DNA of 64,000 bases. It comes from Nemertoderma westbladi. Lineage: Eukaryota; Animalia; Xenacoelomorpha. The position numbers were made by a program, and so were the translations under genes. Shown piece after piece: positions 13,301 through 26,405 of this stretch. A model generated the notes under the pieces. The model did no database searches, was not told the origin of the DNA, and worked only from the letters and a program-made list of their open reading frames with translations. The stretch covers positions 1 through 64,000 of the forward strand of contig JAUCBJ010007762.1 of the NCBI GenBank assembly GCA_032718475.1. Reading direction: 5' to 3'. The first letter of the stretch is position 1. The number at the start of each line of letters is the position of its first letter.

Positions 13301-16300
13301 TCCAAGCTATCGATGATACAGTTAACAACTTACTTGTGTTTCTACAGAGACCCAGATCCAAGCTATCGATGATACAGTTAACAACTTACTTGTGTTTCTA
13401 CAGAGACCCAAATCCAAGCTATCGATGATACAGTACAGAGACCCAGACCCAAGCTATCGATGATACAGTTAACAACTTACTTGTGTTTCTACAGAGTCCC
13501 AGATCCAAGCTATCAATGATACAGTTAACAACTTACTTGTGTTTCTACAGAGACCCAAATCCAAGCTATCGATGATACAGTTAACAACTTACTTGTGTTT
13601 CTACAGAGACCCAGATCCAAGCTATCGATGATACAGTTAACAACTTGGATCTGGGTCTCTGTAGAAACACAAGTTAACAACTTACTTGTGTTTCTACATA
13701 GACCCAAATCCAAGCTATCGATGATACAGTTAACAACTTACTTGTGTTTTTACAGAGACCCAGATCCAAGCTATCGATGATACAGTACAGAGACCCAGAC
13801 CCAAGCTATCGATGATACAGTACAGAGACCCAGATCCAAGCTATCGATGATACAGTACAGAGACCCAGACCCAAGCTATCGATGATACAGTTAACAACTT
13901 AATTGTGTTTCTACATAGACCCAGATCCAAGCTATCGATGATACAGTTAACAACTTACTTGTGTTTCTACAGAGACCCAGATCCAAGCTATCGATGATAC
14001 AGTTAACAACTTACTTGTGTTTCTACAGAGACCCAAATCCAAGCTATCGATGATACAGTACAGAGACCCAGACCCAAGCTATCGATGATACAGTTAACAA
14101 CTTACTTGTGTTTCTACAGAGTCCCAGATCCAAGCTATCGATGATACAGTTAACAACTTACTTGTGTTTCTACAGAGACCCAAATCCAAGCTATCGATGA
14201 TACAGTTAACAACTTACTTGTGTTTCTACAGAGACCCAGATCCAAGCTATCGATGATACAGTTAACAACTTGGATCTGGGTCTCTGTAGAAACACAAGTT
14301 AACAACTTACTTGTGTTTCTACATAGACCCAAATCCAAGCTATCGATGATACAGTTAACAACTTACTTGTGTTTTTACAGAGACCCAGATCCAAGCTATC
14401 GATGATACAGTACAGAGACCCAGACCCAAGCTATCGATGATACAGTACAGAGACCCAGATCCAAGCTATCGATGATACAGTACAGAGACCCAGACCCAAG
14501 CTATCGATGATACAGTTAACAACTTAATTGTGTTTCTACATAGACCCAGATCCAAGCTATCGATGATACAGTTAACAACTTACTTGTGTTTCTACAGAGA
14601 CCCAGATCCAAGCTATCGATGATACAGTTAACAACTTACTTGTGTTTCTACAGAGACCCAAATCCAAGCTATCGATGATACAGTACAGAGACCCAGACCC
14701 AAGCTATCGATGATACAGTTAACAACTTACTTGTGTTTCTACAGAGTCCCAGATCCAAGCTATCGATGATACAGTTAACAACTTACTTGTGTTTCTACAG
14801 AGACCCAAATCCAAGCTATCGATGATACAGTTAACAACTTACTTGTGTTTCTACAGAGACCCAGATCCAAGCTATCGATGATACAGTTAACAACTTGGAT
14901 CTGGGTCTCTGTAGAAACACAAGTTAACAACTTACTTGTGTTTCTACATAGACCCAAATCCAAGCTATCGATGATACAGTTAACAACTTACTTGTGTTTT
15001 TACAGAGACCCAGATCCAAGCTATCGATGATACAGTACAGAGACCCAGACCCAAGCTATCGATGATACAGTACAGAGACCCAGATCCAAGCTATCGATGA
15101 TACAGTACAGAGACCCAGACCCAAGCTATCGATGATACAGTTAACAACTTAATTGTGTTTCTACATAGACCCAGATCCAAGCTATCGATGATACAGTTAA
15201 CAACTTACTTGTGTTTCTACAGAGACCCAGATCCAAGCTATCGATGATACAGTTAACAACTTACTTGTGTTTCTACAGAGACCCAAATCCAAGCTATCGA
15301 TGATACAGTACAGAGACCCAGACCCAAGCTATCGATGATACAGTTAACAACTTACTTGTGTTTCTACAGAGTCCCAGATCCAAGCTATCGATGATACAGT
15401 TAACAACTTACTTGTGTTTCTACAGAGTCCCAGATCCAAGCTATCGATGATACAGTTAACAACTTGGATCTGGGTCTCTGTAGAAACACAAGTTAACAAC
15501 TTACTTGTGTTTCTACATAGACCCAAATCCAAGCTATCGATGATACAGTTAACAACTTACTTGTGTTTTTACAGAGACCCAGATCCAAGCTATCGATGAT
15601 ACAGTTAACAACTTACTTGTGTTTCTACAGAGTCCCAGATCTAAGCTATCGATGATACAGTTAACAACTTACTTGTGTTTCTACAGAGTCCCAGACCCAA
15701 GCTATCGATGATACAGTTAACAACTGACTTGTGTTTCTACAGAGACCCAAATCCAAGCTATCGATGATACAGTTAACAACTTACTTGTGTTTCTACAGAG
15801 ACCCAGATCCAAGCTGTCGATGATACCGTTAACAACTTACTTGTGTTTCTACAGAGACCCAAATACAAGCTATCGATGATACAGTACAGAGACCCAGACC
15901 CAAGCTATCGATGATAGGGTTAACAACTTACTTGTGTTTCTACAGAGACCCAAATCCAAGCTATCGATGATACAGTTAACAACTTACTTGTGTTTCTACA
16001 GAGTCCCAGACCCAAGCTATCGATGATACAGTTAACGACTTACTTGTGTTTCTACAGAGACCCAAATCCAAGCTATCGATGATACAGTACAGAGACCCAG
16101 ACCCAAGCTATCGATGATAGGGTTAACAACTTACTTGTGTTTCTACAGAGACCCAAATCCAAGCTATCGATGATACAGTTAACAACTTACTTGTGTTTCT
16201 ACAGAGTCCCAGATCCAAGCTATCGATGATACAGTTAACAACTTACTTGTGTTTCTACAGAGACCCAAATCCAAGCTATCGATGATAGGGTTAACAACTT

Positions 16301-19300
16301 ACTTGTGTTTCTACAGAGACCCAAATCCAAGCTATCGATGATACAGTTAACAACTTACTTGTGTTTCTACAGAGTCCCAGATCCAAGCTATCGATGATAC
16401 AGTTAACAACTTACTTGTGTTTCTACAGAGTCCCAGATCCAAGCTATCAATGATACAGTTAACAACTTACTTGTGTTTCTACAGAGACCCAAATCCAAGC
16501 TATCGATGATACAGTACAGAGACCCAGACCCAAGCTATCGATGATATAGTTAACAACTTAATTGTGTTTCTACATAGACCCAGATCCAAGCTATAGATGA
16601 TACAGTTAACAACTTACTTGTGTTTCTACAGAGACCCAGATCCAAGCTATCGATGATACAGTTAACAACTTACTTGTGTTTCTACAGAGACCCAGATCCA
16701 AGCTATCGATGATACAGTTAACAACTTACTTGTGTTTCTACAGAGTCCCAGATCCAAGCTATCAATGATACAGTTAACAACTTACTTGTGTTTCTACAGA
16801 GACCCAAATCCAAGCTATCGATGATACAGTACAGAGACCCAGACCCAAGCTATCGATGATATAGTTAACAACTTAATTGTGTTTCTACATAGACCCAGAT
16901 CCAAGCTATAGATGATACAGTTAACAACTTACTTGTGTTTCTACAGAGACCCAAATCCAAGCTATCGATGATACAGTACAGAGACCCAAATCCAAGCTAC
17001 CGATGATACAGTTAACAACTTACTTGTATTTCTACAGAGACCCAAATCCAAGCTATCGATGATACAGTTAACAACTTACTTGTGTTTCTACAGAGACCCA
17101 AATCCAAGCTATCGATGATACAGTACAGAGACCCAGACCCAAGCTATCGATGATACAGTTAACAACTTACTTGTGTTTCTACAGAGACCCAAATCCAAGC
17201 TATCGATGATAGGGTTAACAACTTACTTGTGTTTCTACAGAGACCCAAATCCAAGCTATCGATGATACAGTTAACAACTTACTTGTGTTTCTACAGAGTC
17301 CCAGATCCAAGCTATCGATGATACAGTTAACAACTTACTTGTGTTTCTACAGAGTCCCAGATCCAAGCTATCAATGATACAGTTAACAACTTACTTGTGT
17401 TTCTACAGAGACCCAAATCCAAGCTATCGATGATACAGTACAGAGACCCAGACCCAAGCTATCGATGATATAGTTAACAACTTAATTGTGTTTCTACATA
17501 GACCCAGATCCAAGCTATAGATGATACAGTTAACAACTTACTTGTGTTTCTACAGAGACCCAGATCCAAGCTATCGATGATACAGTTAACAACTTACTTG
17601 TGTTTCTACAGAGACCCAGATCCAAGCTATCGATGATACAGTTAACAACTTACTTGTGTTTCTACAGAGTCCCAGATCCAAGCTATCAATGATACAGTTA
17701 ACAACTTACTTGTGTTTCTACAGAGACCCAAATCCAAGCTATCGATGATACAGTACAGAGACCCAGACCCAAGCTATCGATGATATAGTTAACAACTTAA
17801 TTGTGTTTCTACATAGACCCAGATCCAAGCTATAGATGATACAGTTAACAACTTACTTGTGTTTCTACAGAGACCCAAATCCAAGCTATCGATGATACAG
17901 TACAGAGACCCAAATCCAAGCTACCGATGATACAGTTAACAACTTACTTGTATTTCTACAGAGACCCAAATCCAAGCTATCGATGATACAGTTAACAACT
18001 TACTTGTGTTTCTACAGAGACCCAAATCCAAGCTATCGATGATACAGTACAGAGACCCAGACCCAAGCTATCGATGATACAGTTAACAACTTAATTGTGT
18101 TTCTACATAGACCCAGATCCAAGCTATCGATGATACAGTTAACAACTTACTTGTGTTTCTACAGAGACCCAGATCCAAGCTATCGATGATACAGTTAACA
18201 ACTTACTTGTGTTTCTACAGAGACCCAAATCCAAGCTATCGATGATACAGTTAACAACTTACTTGTGTTTCTACAGAGACCCAGACCCAAGCTATCGATG
18301 ATACAGTTAACAACTTACTTGTGTTTCTACAGAGACCCAGATCCAAGCTATCAATGATACAGTTAACAACTTACTTGTGTTTCTACATAGACCCAGATCC
18401 AAGCTATCGATGATACAGTTAACAACTTACTTGTGTTTCTACAGAGACCCAAATCCAAGCTATCGATGATACAGTTAACAACTTACTTGTGTTTCTACAG
18501 AGACCCAGATCCAAGCTATCGATGATACAGTTAACAACTTGGATCTGGGTCTCTGTAGAAACACAAGTTAACAACTTACTTGTGTTTCTACATAGACCCA
18601 AATCCAAGCTATCGATGATACAGTTAACAACTTACTTGTGTTTTTACAGAGACCCAGATCCAAGCTATCGATGATACAGTTAACAACTTACTTGTGTTTC
18701 TACAGAGACCCAGATCCAAGCTATCGATGATACAGTTAACTACTTACTTGTGTTTCTACATAGACCCAGATCCAAGCTATCGATGATACAGTTAACAACT
18801 TACTTGTGTTTCTACAGAGTCCCAGATCCAAGCTATCGATGATACAGTTAACAACTTACTTGTGTTTCTACAGAGACCCAGATCCAAGCTATCGATGATA
18901 CAGTTAACAACTTACTTGTGTTTCTACAGAGTCCCAGATCCAAGCTATCGATGATACAGTTAACAACTTACTTGTGTTTCTACAGAGACCCAGACCCAAG
19001 CTATCGATGATACAGTTAACAACTTACTTGTGTTTCTACAGAGACCCAGATCCAAGCTATCGATGATACAGTTAACAACTTACTTGTGTTTCTACATAGA
19101 CCCAGATCCAAGCTATCGATGATACAGTTAACAACTTACTTGTGTTTTTACAGAGACCCAGATCCAAGCTATCGATGATACAGTTAACAACTTACTTGTG
19201 TTTCTACATAGACCCAGATCCAAGCTATCGATGATACAGTTAACAACTTACTTGTGTTTCTACAGAGACCCAGATCCAAGCTATCGATGATACAGTTAAC

Positions 19301-22300
19301 AACTTACTTGTGTTTCTACATAGACCCAGATCCAAGCTATCGATGATACAGTTAACAACTTACTTGTGTTTTTACAGAGACCCAGATCCAAGCTATCGAT
19401 GATACAGTTAACAACTTACTTGTGTTTTTACAGAGACCCAGATCCAAGCTATCGATGATACAGTTAACAACTTACTTGTGTTTCTACATAGACCCAAATC
19501 CAAGCTATCGATGATACAGTTAACAACTTACTTGTGTTTCTACAGAGACCCAGACCCAAGCTATCGATGATACAGTTAACAACTTACTTGTGTTTCTACA
19601 GAGACCCAGATCCAAGCTATCAATGATACAGTTAACAACTTACTTGTGTTTCTACATAGACCCAGATCCAAGCTATCGATGATACAGTTAACAACTTACT
19701 TGTGTTTCTACAGAGACCCAAATCCAAGCTATCGATGATACAGTTAACAACTTACTTGTGTTTCTACAGAGACCCAGATCCAAGCTATCGATGATACAGT
19801 TAACAACTTGGATCTGGGTCTCTGTAGAAACACAAGTTAACAACTTACTTGTGTTTCTACATAGACCCAAATCCAAGCTATCGATGATACAGTTAACAAC
19901 TTACTTGTGTTTTTACAGAGACCCAGATCCAAGCTATCGATGATACAGTTAACAACTTACTTGTGTTTCTACAGAGACCCAGATCCAAGCTATCGATGAT
20001 ACAGTTAACTACTTACTTGTGTTTCTACATAGACCCAGATCCAAGCTATCGATGATACAGTTAACAACTTACTTGTGTTTCTACATAGACCCAGATCCAA
20101 GCTATCGATGATACAGTTAACAACTTACTTGTGTTTTTACAGAGACCCAGATCCAAGCTATCGATGATACAGTTAACAACTTACTTGTGTTTCTACATAG
20201 ACCCAGATCCAAGCTATCGATGATACAGTTAACAACTTACTTGTGTTTCTACAGAGACCCAGATCCAAGCTATCGATGATACAGTTAACAACTTACTTGT
20301 GTTTCTACATAGACCCAGATCCAAGCTATCGATGATACAGTTAACAACTTACTTGTGTTTTTACAGAGACCCAGATCCAAGCTATCGATGATACAGTTAA
20401 CAACTTACTTGTGTTTTTACAGAGACCCAGATCCAAGCTATCGATGATACAGTTAACAACTTACTTGTGTTTCTACATAGACCCAGATCCAAGCTATCGA
20501 TGATACAGTTAACAACTTACTTGTGTTTCTACAGAGACCCAGATCCAAACTATCGATGATACAGTTAACAACTTACTTGTGTTTCTACATAGACCCAGAT
20601 CCAAGCTATTGATGATACAGTTAACAACTTACTTGTGTTTCTACAGAGACCCAGATCCAAGCCATCGATGATACAGTTAACAACTTACTTGTGTTTCTAC
20701 AGAGGCCCAAATCCAAGCTATCGATGATACAGTTAACAACTTACTTGTGTTTCTACAGAGACCCAGATCCAAGCTATCGATGATACAGTTAACAACTTAC
20801 TTGTGTTTCTACAGAGACCCAAATCCAAGCTATCGATGATACAGTTAACAACTTACTTGTGTTTCTACAGAGACCCAGACCCAAGCTATCGATGATACAG
20901 TTAACAACTTACTTGTGTTTCTACAGAGACCCAGATCCAAGCTATCAATGATACAGTTAACAACTTACTTGTGTTTCTACATAGACCCAGATCCAAGCTA
21001 TCGATGATACAGTTAACAACTTACTTGTGTTTCTACAGAGACCCAAATCCAAGCTATCGATGATACAGTTAACAACTTACTTGTGTTTCTACAGAGACCC
21101 AGATCCAAGCTATCGATGATACAGTTAACAACTTGGATCTGGGTCTCTGTAGAAACACAAGTTAACAACTTACTTGTGTTTCTACATAGACCCAAATCCA
21201 AGCTATCGATGATACAGTTAACAACTTACTTGTGTTTTTACAGAGACCCAGATCCAAGCTATCGATGATACAGTTAACAACTTACTTGTGTTTCTACAGA
21301 GACCCAGATCCAAGCTATCGATGATACAGTTAACTACTTACTTGTGTTTCTACATAGACCCAGATCCAAGCTATCGATGATACAGTTAACAACTTACTTG
21401 TGTTTCTACAGAGTCCCAGATCCAAGCTATCGATGATACAGTTAACAACTTACTTGTGTTTCTACAGAGACCCAGATCCAAGCTATTGATGATACAGTTA
21501 ACAACTTACTTGTGTTTCTACAGAGTCCCAGATCCAAGCTATCGATGATACAGTTAACAACTTACTTGTGTTTCTACAGAGACCCAGACCCAAGCTATCG
21601 ATGATACAGTTAACAACTTACTTGTGTTTCTACAGAGACCCAGATCCAAGCTATCGATGATACAGTTAACAACTTACTTGTGTTTCTACATAGACCCAGA
21701 TCCAAGCTATCGATGATACAGTTAACAACTTACTTGTGTTTTTACAGAGACCCAGATCCAAGCTATCGATGATACAGTTAACAACTTACTTGTGTTTCTA
21801 CATAGACCCAGATCCAAGCTATCGATGATACAGTTAACAACTTACTTGTGTTTCTACAGAGACCCAGATCCAAACTATCGATGATACAGTTAACAACTTA
21901 CTTGTGTTTCTACAGAGACCCAGATCCAAGCTATCGATGATACAGTTAACAACTTACTTGTGTTTCTACAGAGACCCAGATCCAAGCTATCGATGATACA
22001 GTTAACAACTTACTTGTGTTTCTACATAGACCCAGATCCAAGCTATCGATGATACAGTTAACAACTTACTTGTGTTTTTACAGAGACCCAGATCCAAGCT
22101 ATCGATGATACAGTTAACAACTTACTTGTGTTTTTACAGAGACCCAGATCCAAGCTATCGATGATACAGTTAACAACTTACTTGTGTTTCTACATAGACC
22201 CAGATCCAAGCTATCGATGATACAGTTAACAACTTACTTGTGTTTCTACAGAGACCCAGATCCAAACTATCGATAATACAGTTAACAACTTACTTGTGTT

Positions 22301-23927
22301 TCTACATAGACCCAGATCCAAGCTATTGATGATACAGTTAACAACTTACTTGTGTTTCTACAGAGACCCAGATCCAAGCCATCGATGATACAGTTAACAA
22401 CTTACTTGTGTTTCTACAGAGGCCCAAATCCAAGCTATCGATGATACAGTTAACAACTTACTTGTGTTTCTACAGAGACCCAGATCCAAGCTATCGATGA
22501 TACAGTTAACAACTTACTTGTGTTTCTACAGAGACCCAAATCCAAGCTATCGATGATACAGTTAACAATTTACTTGTGTTTCTACAGAGTCCCAGATCCA
22601 AGCTATCAATGATACACTTAACAACTTACTTGTGTTTCTACAGAGTCCCAGATCCAAGCTATCGATGATACAGTTAACAACTTACTTGTGTTTCTACAGA
22701 GACCCAAATCCAAGCTATCGATGATACAGTTAACAACTTATTTGTGTTTCTACAGAGTCCCAGATCCAAGCTATCGATGATATAGTTAACAACTTACTTG
22801 TGTTTCTTCAGAGTCCCAGATCCAAGCTATTGATGATACAGTTATCAACTTACTTGTGTTTCTACAGAGTCCCAGATCCAAGCTATCAATGATACAGTTA
22901 ACAACTTACTTGTGTTTCTACAGAGTCCCAGATCCAAGCTATCAATGATACAGTTAACAACTTACTTGTGTTTCTACAGAGACCCAAATCCAAGCTATCG
23001 ATGATACAGTACAGAGACCCAGACCCAAGCTATCGATGATACAGTTAACAACTTACTTGTGTTTCTACAGAGACCCAAATCCAAGCTATCGATGATACAG
23101 TACAGAGACCCAGACCCAAGCTATCGATGATATAGTTAACAACTTAATTGTGTTTCTACATAGACCCAGATCCAAGCTATCGATGATACAGTTAACAACT
23201 TACTTGTGTTTCTACAGAGACCCAGATCCAAGCTATCGATGATACAGTTAACAACTTACTTGTGTTTCTACAGAAACCCAAATCCAAGCTATCGATGATA
23301 CAGTTAACAACTTACTTGTGTTTCTACAGAGTCCCAGATCCAAGCTATCGATGATACAGTTAACAACTTACTTGTGTTTCTACAGAGTCCCAGATCCAAG
23401 CTATCGATGATACAGTTAACAACTTACTTGTGTTTCTACAGAGACCCAAATCCAAGCTATCGATGATACAGATAACAACTTACTTGTGTTTCTACAGAGA
23501 CCCAGATCCAAGCTATCGATGATACAGTTAACAACTTACTTGTGTTTCTACAGAGTCCCAGATCCAAGCTATCGATGATACAGATAACAACTTACTTGTG
23601 TTTCTACAGAGACCCAGATCCAAGCTATCGATGATACAGTTAACAACTTACTTGTGTTTCTACAGAGACCCAGATCCAAGCTATCGATGATACAGTTAAC
23701 AACTTACTTGTGTTTCTACAGAGACCCAGATCCAAGCTATCGATGATACAGTTAACAACTTACTTGTGTTTCTACAGAGACCCAGATCCAAGCTATCGAT
23801 GATACAGTTAACAACTTACTTGTGTTTCTACAGAGACCCAGATCCAAGCTATCGATGATACAGTTAACAACTTACTTGTGTTTCTACAGAGTCCCAGATC
23901 CAAGCTATCGATGATACAGATAACAAC
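4346..23927. repeat. Satellite DNA array, 56-bp monomer (AGAGACCCAGATCCAAGCTATCGATGATACAGTTAACAACTTACTTGTGTTTCTAC), with 35-bp deletion monomers and inversion-bearing monomers
   Basis: Head-to-tail tandem repeat over ~19.6 kb (roughly 350 units), no unique spacers, and recurrent SNP variants that define higher-order repeats. Confidence 0.98.
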
Positions 23928-23934
23928 AGATAAC

Positions 23935-25061
23935 AATACATATGGGACTCCCACAAATCGATACTGCATGGGGGCACCAACCGAACCCTCACAGAGATAA
24001 GGAGGACCTTTTGGGTCAAACAACTAAGGAGGAGGGTTAAAGCGGTAGTGGGGCAGTGCCAGACCTGCCGACGGGCGAAGAAGGAGCGAGCCATACAGGA
24101 GATGGCGCCACTACCGGCGAGTAGGGTAAGACAGCACGACCCGCCATTTACGCATTGCGGTGTGGACATGTTCGGGCCGATAAAGATCAAGGTGATGCGA
24201 CACACGGAGAAACGCTACGGTATTATCTTCGTATGCAACAATACACGGGCGGTAGGGATAGAACTCGCCCAAGATGCAACCGCATCAGCATTCATTAACG
24301 CCTTAGAAAGGTTTAGGGACCGCAAAGGTGGGACGATCGCAGTGATATACAGCGACAACGGCACCAACTTTGTGGGCGCAGAGAGTGAGATGGCGGAGGC
24401 CTTGGACATTTTGGAGGGAGAGGAAGTCAGGGCGGCCATGAGGAGACGACAAGTGAAGTGGGAAAGAAGGACGCCGTATGCACCACATACATTAGGATGC
24501 GTCGAGAGACTAGTGGGCAGTTCAAAACGTCTAATGACGAAGCTAATGAACACCCACATGGTCACTGAGGACGTCTTACAAACAGTACTTGCGAAGTGCG
24601 AGGGGATCATTAATAGCAGACCGCTATATCCAGAGAATGATGACCCTGAGTCATTGGACGTGTTAACGCCTAGCCATTTCCTAATGGAAAGGCCAGCGAC
24701 CATCGATATGCGGGGTGTAGATCCAGACGACATACACTCCCGCCAAAGTTGGAAAGTAGCTAAAGCAATTAGCGCAGAGTATTGGAGGAGGTGGGTAGAG
24801 GAATACCTACCCACACTCCATAAGCGAAGCAAGTGGAGGAAGCCGAACAGGGAGTTAAAAGTAGGAGATCTCGTAATCGTTACGGATGATACTATCATCA
24901 ACAACCAGTGGCGGTTGGCGAGAGTTGTAGGCACCTACTCCGACGAGGACGGAAGAGTCCGATCGGTAGAAGTGCGGATAGGTGGAAAGATAGGTGCGAA
25001 AGACAGAAAAACCTACAGGAGAGCAGTAGGTAAATGCTGTCTTCTAGAAGGGGCACCTTAA
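23935..25061 (+). CDS. BEL/Pao integrase (C-terminal part of pol, truncated at the satellite)
   Basis: The frame extends upstream of ORF 24048 to give the HHCC finger (HKSILHGG...FW...CQTC). DDE core: GVDMFGP, YSDNGTNFVGA, GCVERLV. Also INSRPL, LTPSHFL and a BEL-type C-terminal tail (YWRRWVEEYLPTLHKRSKW...W.LARV...DGRVRSV). Confidence 0.95.
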
Positions 25062-25169
25062 ATTGGAGTTAGAGTGGAGTTTAGTTGTCCAAGTTTTGGA
25101 CTGAGGGGGGTGGGATTGAGGGCGAGACGCCCTTCCCACACAAATAAAAATAAAATAAAATAAAAATAA

Positions 25170-25915
25170 TAGTTAGTTAGTTAGTAGGTACGTAGTACCT
25201 AGAGTTAGTTAGTTAGTAGGTACGTAGTACCTAGAGTTAGTTAGTTAGTAGGTACGTAGTACCTAGAGTTAGTTAGTTAGTAGGTACGTAGTACCTAGAG
25301 TTAGTTAGTTAGTTAGAGGGTACGTAGTACCGTTAGTTAGAGTTAGAGTTAGAGGGTACGTAGTACCGTTAGTTAGAGTTAGAGTTAGAGGGTATGTAGT
25401 ACCGATAGTTAGAGAGTTAGAGGGTACGTAGTACCGTTAGTTAGAGTTAGAGTTAGAGGGTACGTAGTACCGATAGTTAGAGAGTTAGAGGGTACGTAGT
25501 ACCAATAGTTAGTTAGAGTTAGAGGGTACGTAGTACCGATAGTTAGAGAGTTAGAGGGTACGTAGTACCGTTAGTTAGAGTTACAGTTAGAGGGTACGTA
25601 GTACCGATAGTTAGAGAGTTAGTAGGTACGTAGTACCTAGTTAGAGTTAGAGTTAGAGGGTACGTAGTACCAATAGTTAGTTAGAGTTAGTAGGTACGTA
25701 GTACCTAGTTAGAGTTAGAGTTAGAGGGTACGTAGTACCGATAGTTAGAGAGTTAGTAGGTACGTAGTACCTAGTTAGAGTTAGAGTTAGAGGGTACGTA
25801 GTACCAATAGTTAGTTAGAGTTAGTAGGTACGTAGTACCTAGTTAGAGTTAGAGTTAGTAGGTACGTGGTACCTAGTTAGAGTTAGAGTTAGGGGGTACG
25901 TAGTACCATTAGTTA
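25170..25915. repeat. Irregular ~26-35-bp tandem repeat with palindromic core (TA)GGTACGTAGTACC(TA) and TTAG/TTAGAG linkers
   Basis: More than 20 visible cores between the pol stop and the extra ORF. Confidence 0.95.
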
Positions 25916-26405
25916 GAGAGAGAGAGTGAGAGGTAAAAGGGGTAAATAGGATATAGATATTAGTTAGCAGTAAGTAGAGTTAGTAGCGAGAGGGGGGCAT
26001 ATGAGTACAGCTGGATAAATCGTATGGCCACACGACGCATACTGCTGTACTGCATGGGCCCACAGAGTAGGCCAGAATATGGATCAGAGAATAGAATAAA
26101 CCCATAGGCAGTAGTAGGTAGTAGGACACTAGAATCAAAGCAAACAAACAAATAAATAGAATAGGGCTAAAATCGTAAAATAGTGGCAACACAAGGAAAG
26201 TCGTTCTAGAACATAATAAAAGTAACGGACGGAAATTGTAAATTAGGCTGATTTACTAGCTCCGAAATTAATTAGGTTAAATTTAGCTTGAAAGGCGCAA
26301 CTAAGTAGAAAGTAGGCCATTATCGAACCGTACGAAACATCTTAAATACTTCACTCATCTGTATTGCGCCTTGGTAAGGCACCACCCTGCAGGTGAGCGA
26401 GTGTA

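Noticed and set aside
4702-21268. Ten pairs of 61-62-aa ORFs in the satellite
   Set aside because: They appear only where the 37-bp inverted insert shifts stop codons; artefacts of the repeat structure.
4346-23927. CRISPR-like array
   Set aside because: No unique spacers, no cas genes and a eukaryotic context; it is a plain satellite.
25170-25915. Interstitial telomere
   Set aside because: The linkers are TTAG/TTAGAG, not runs of TTAGG or TTAGGG, and are interleaved with a palindromic core inside a retrotransposon.
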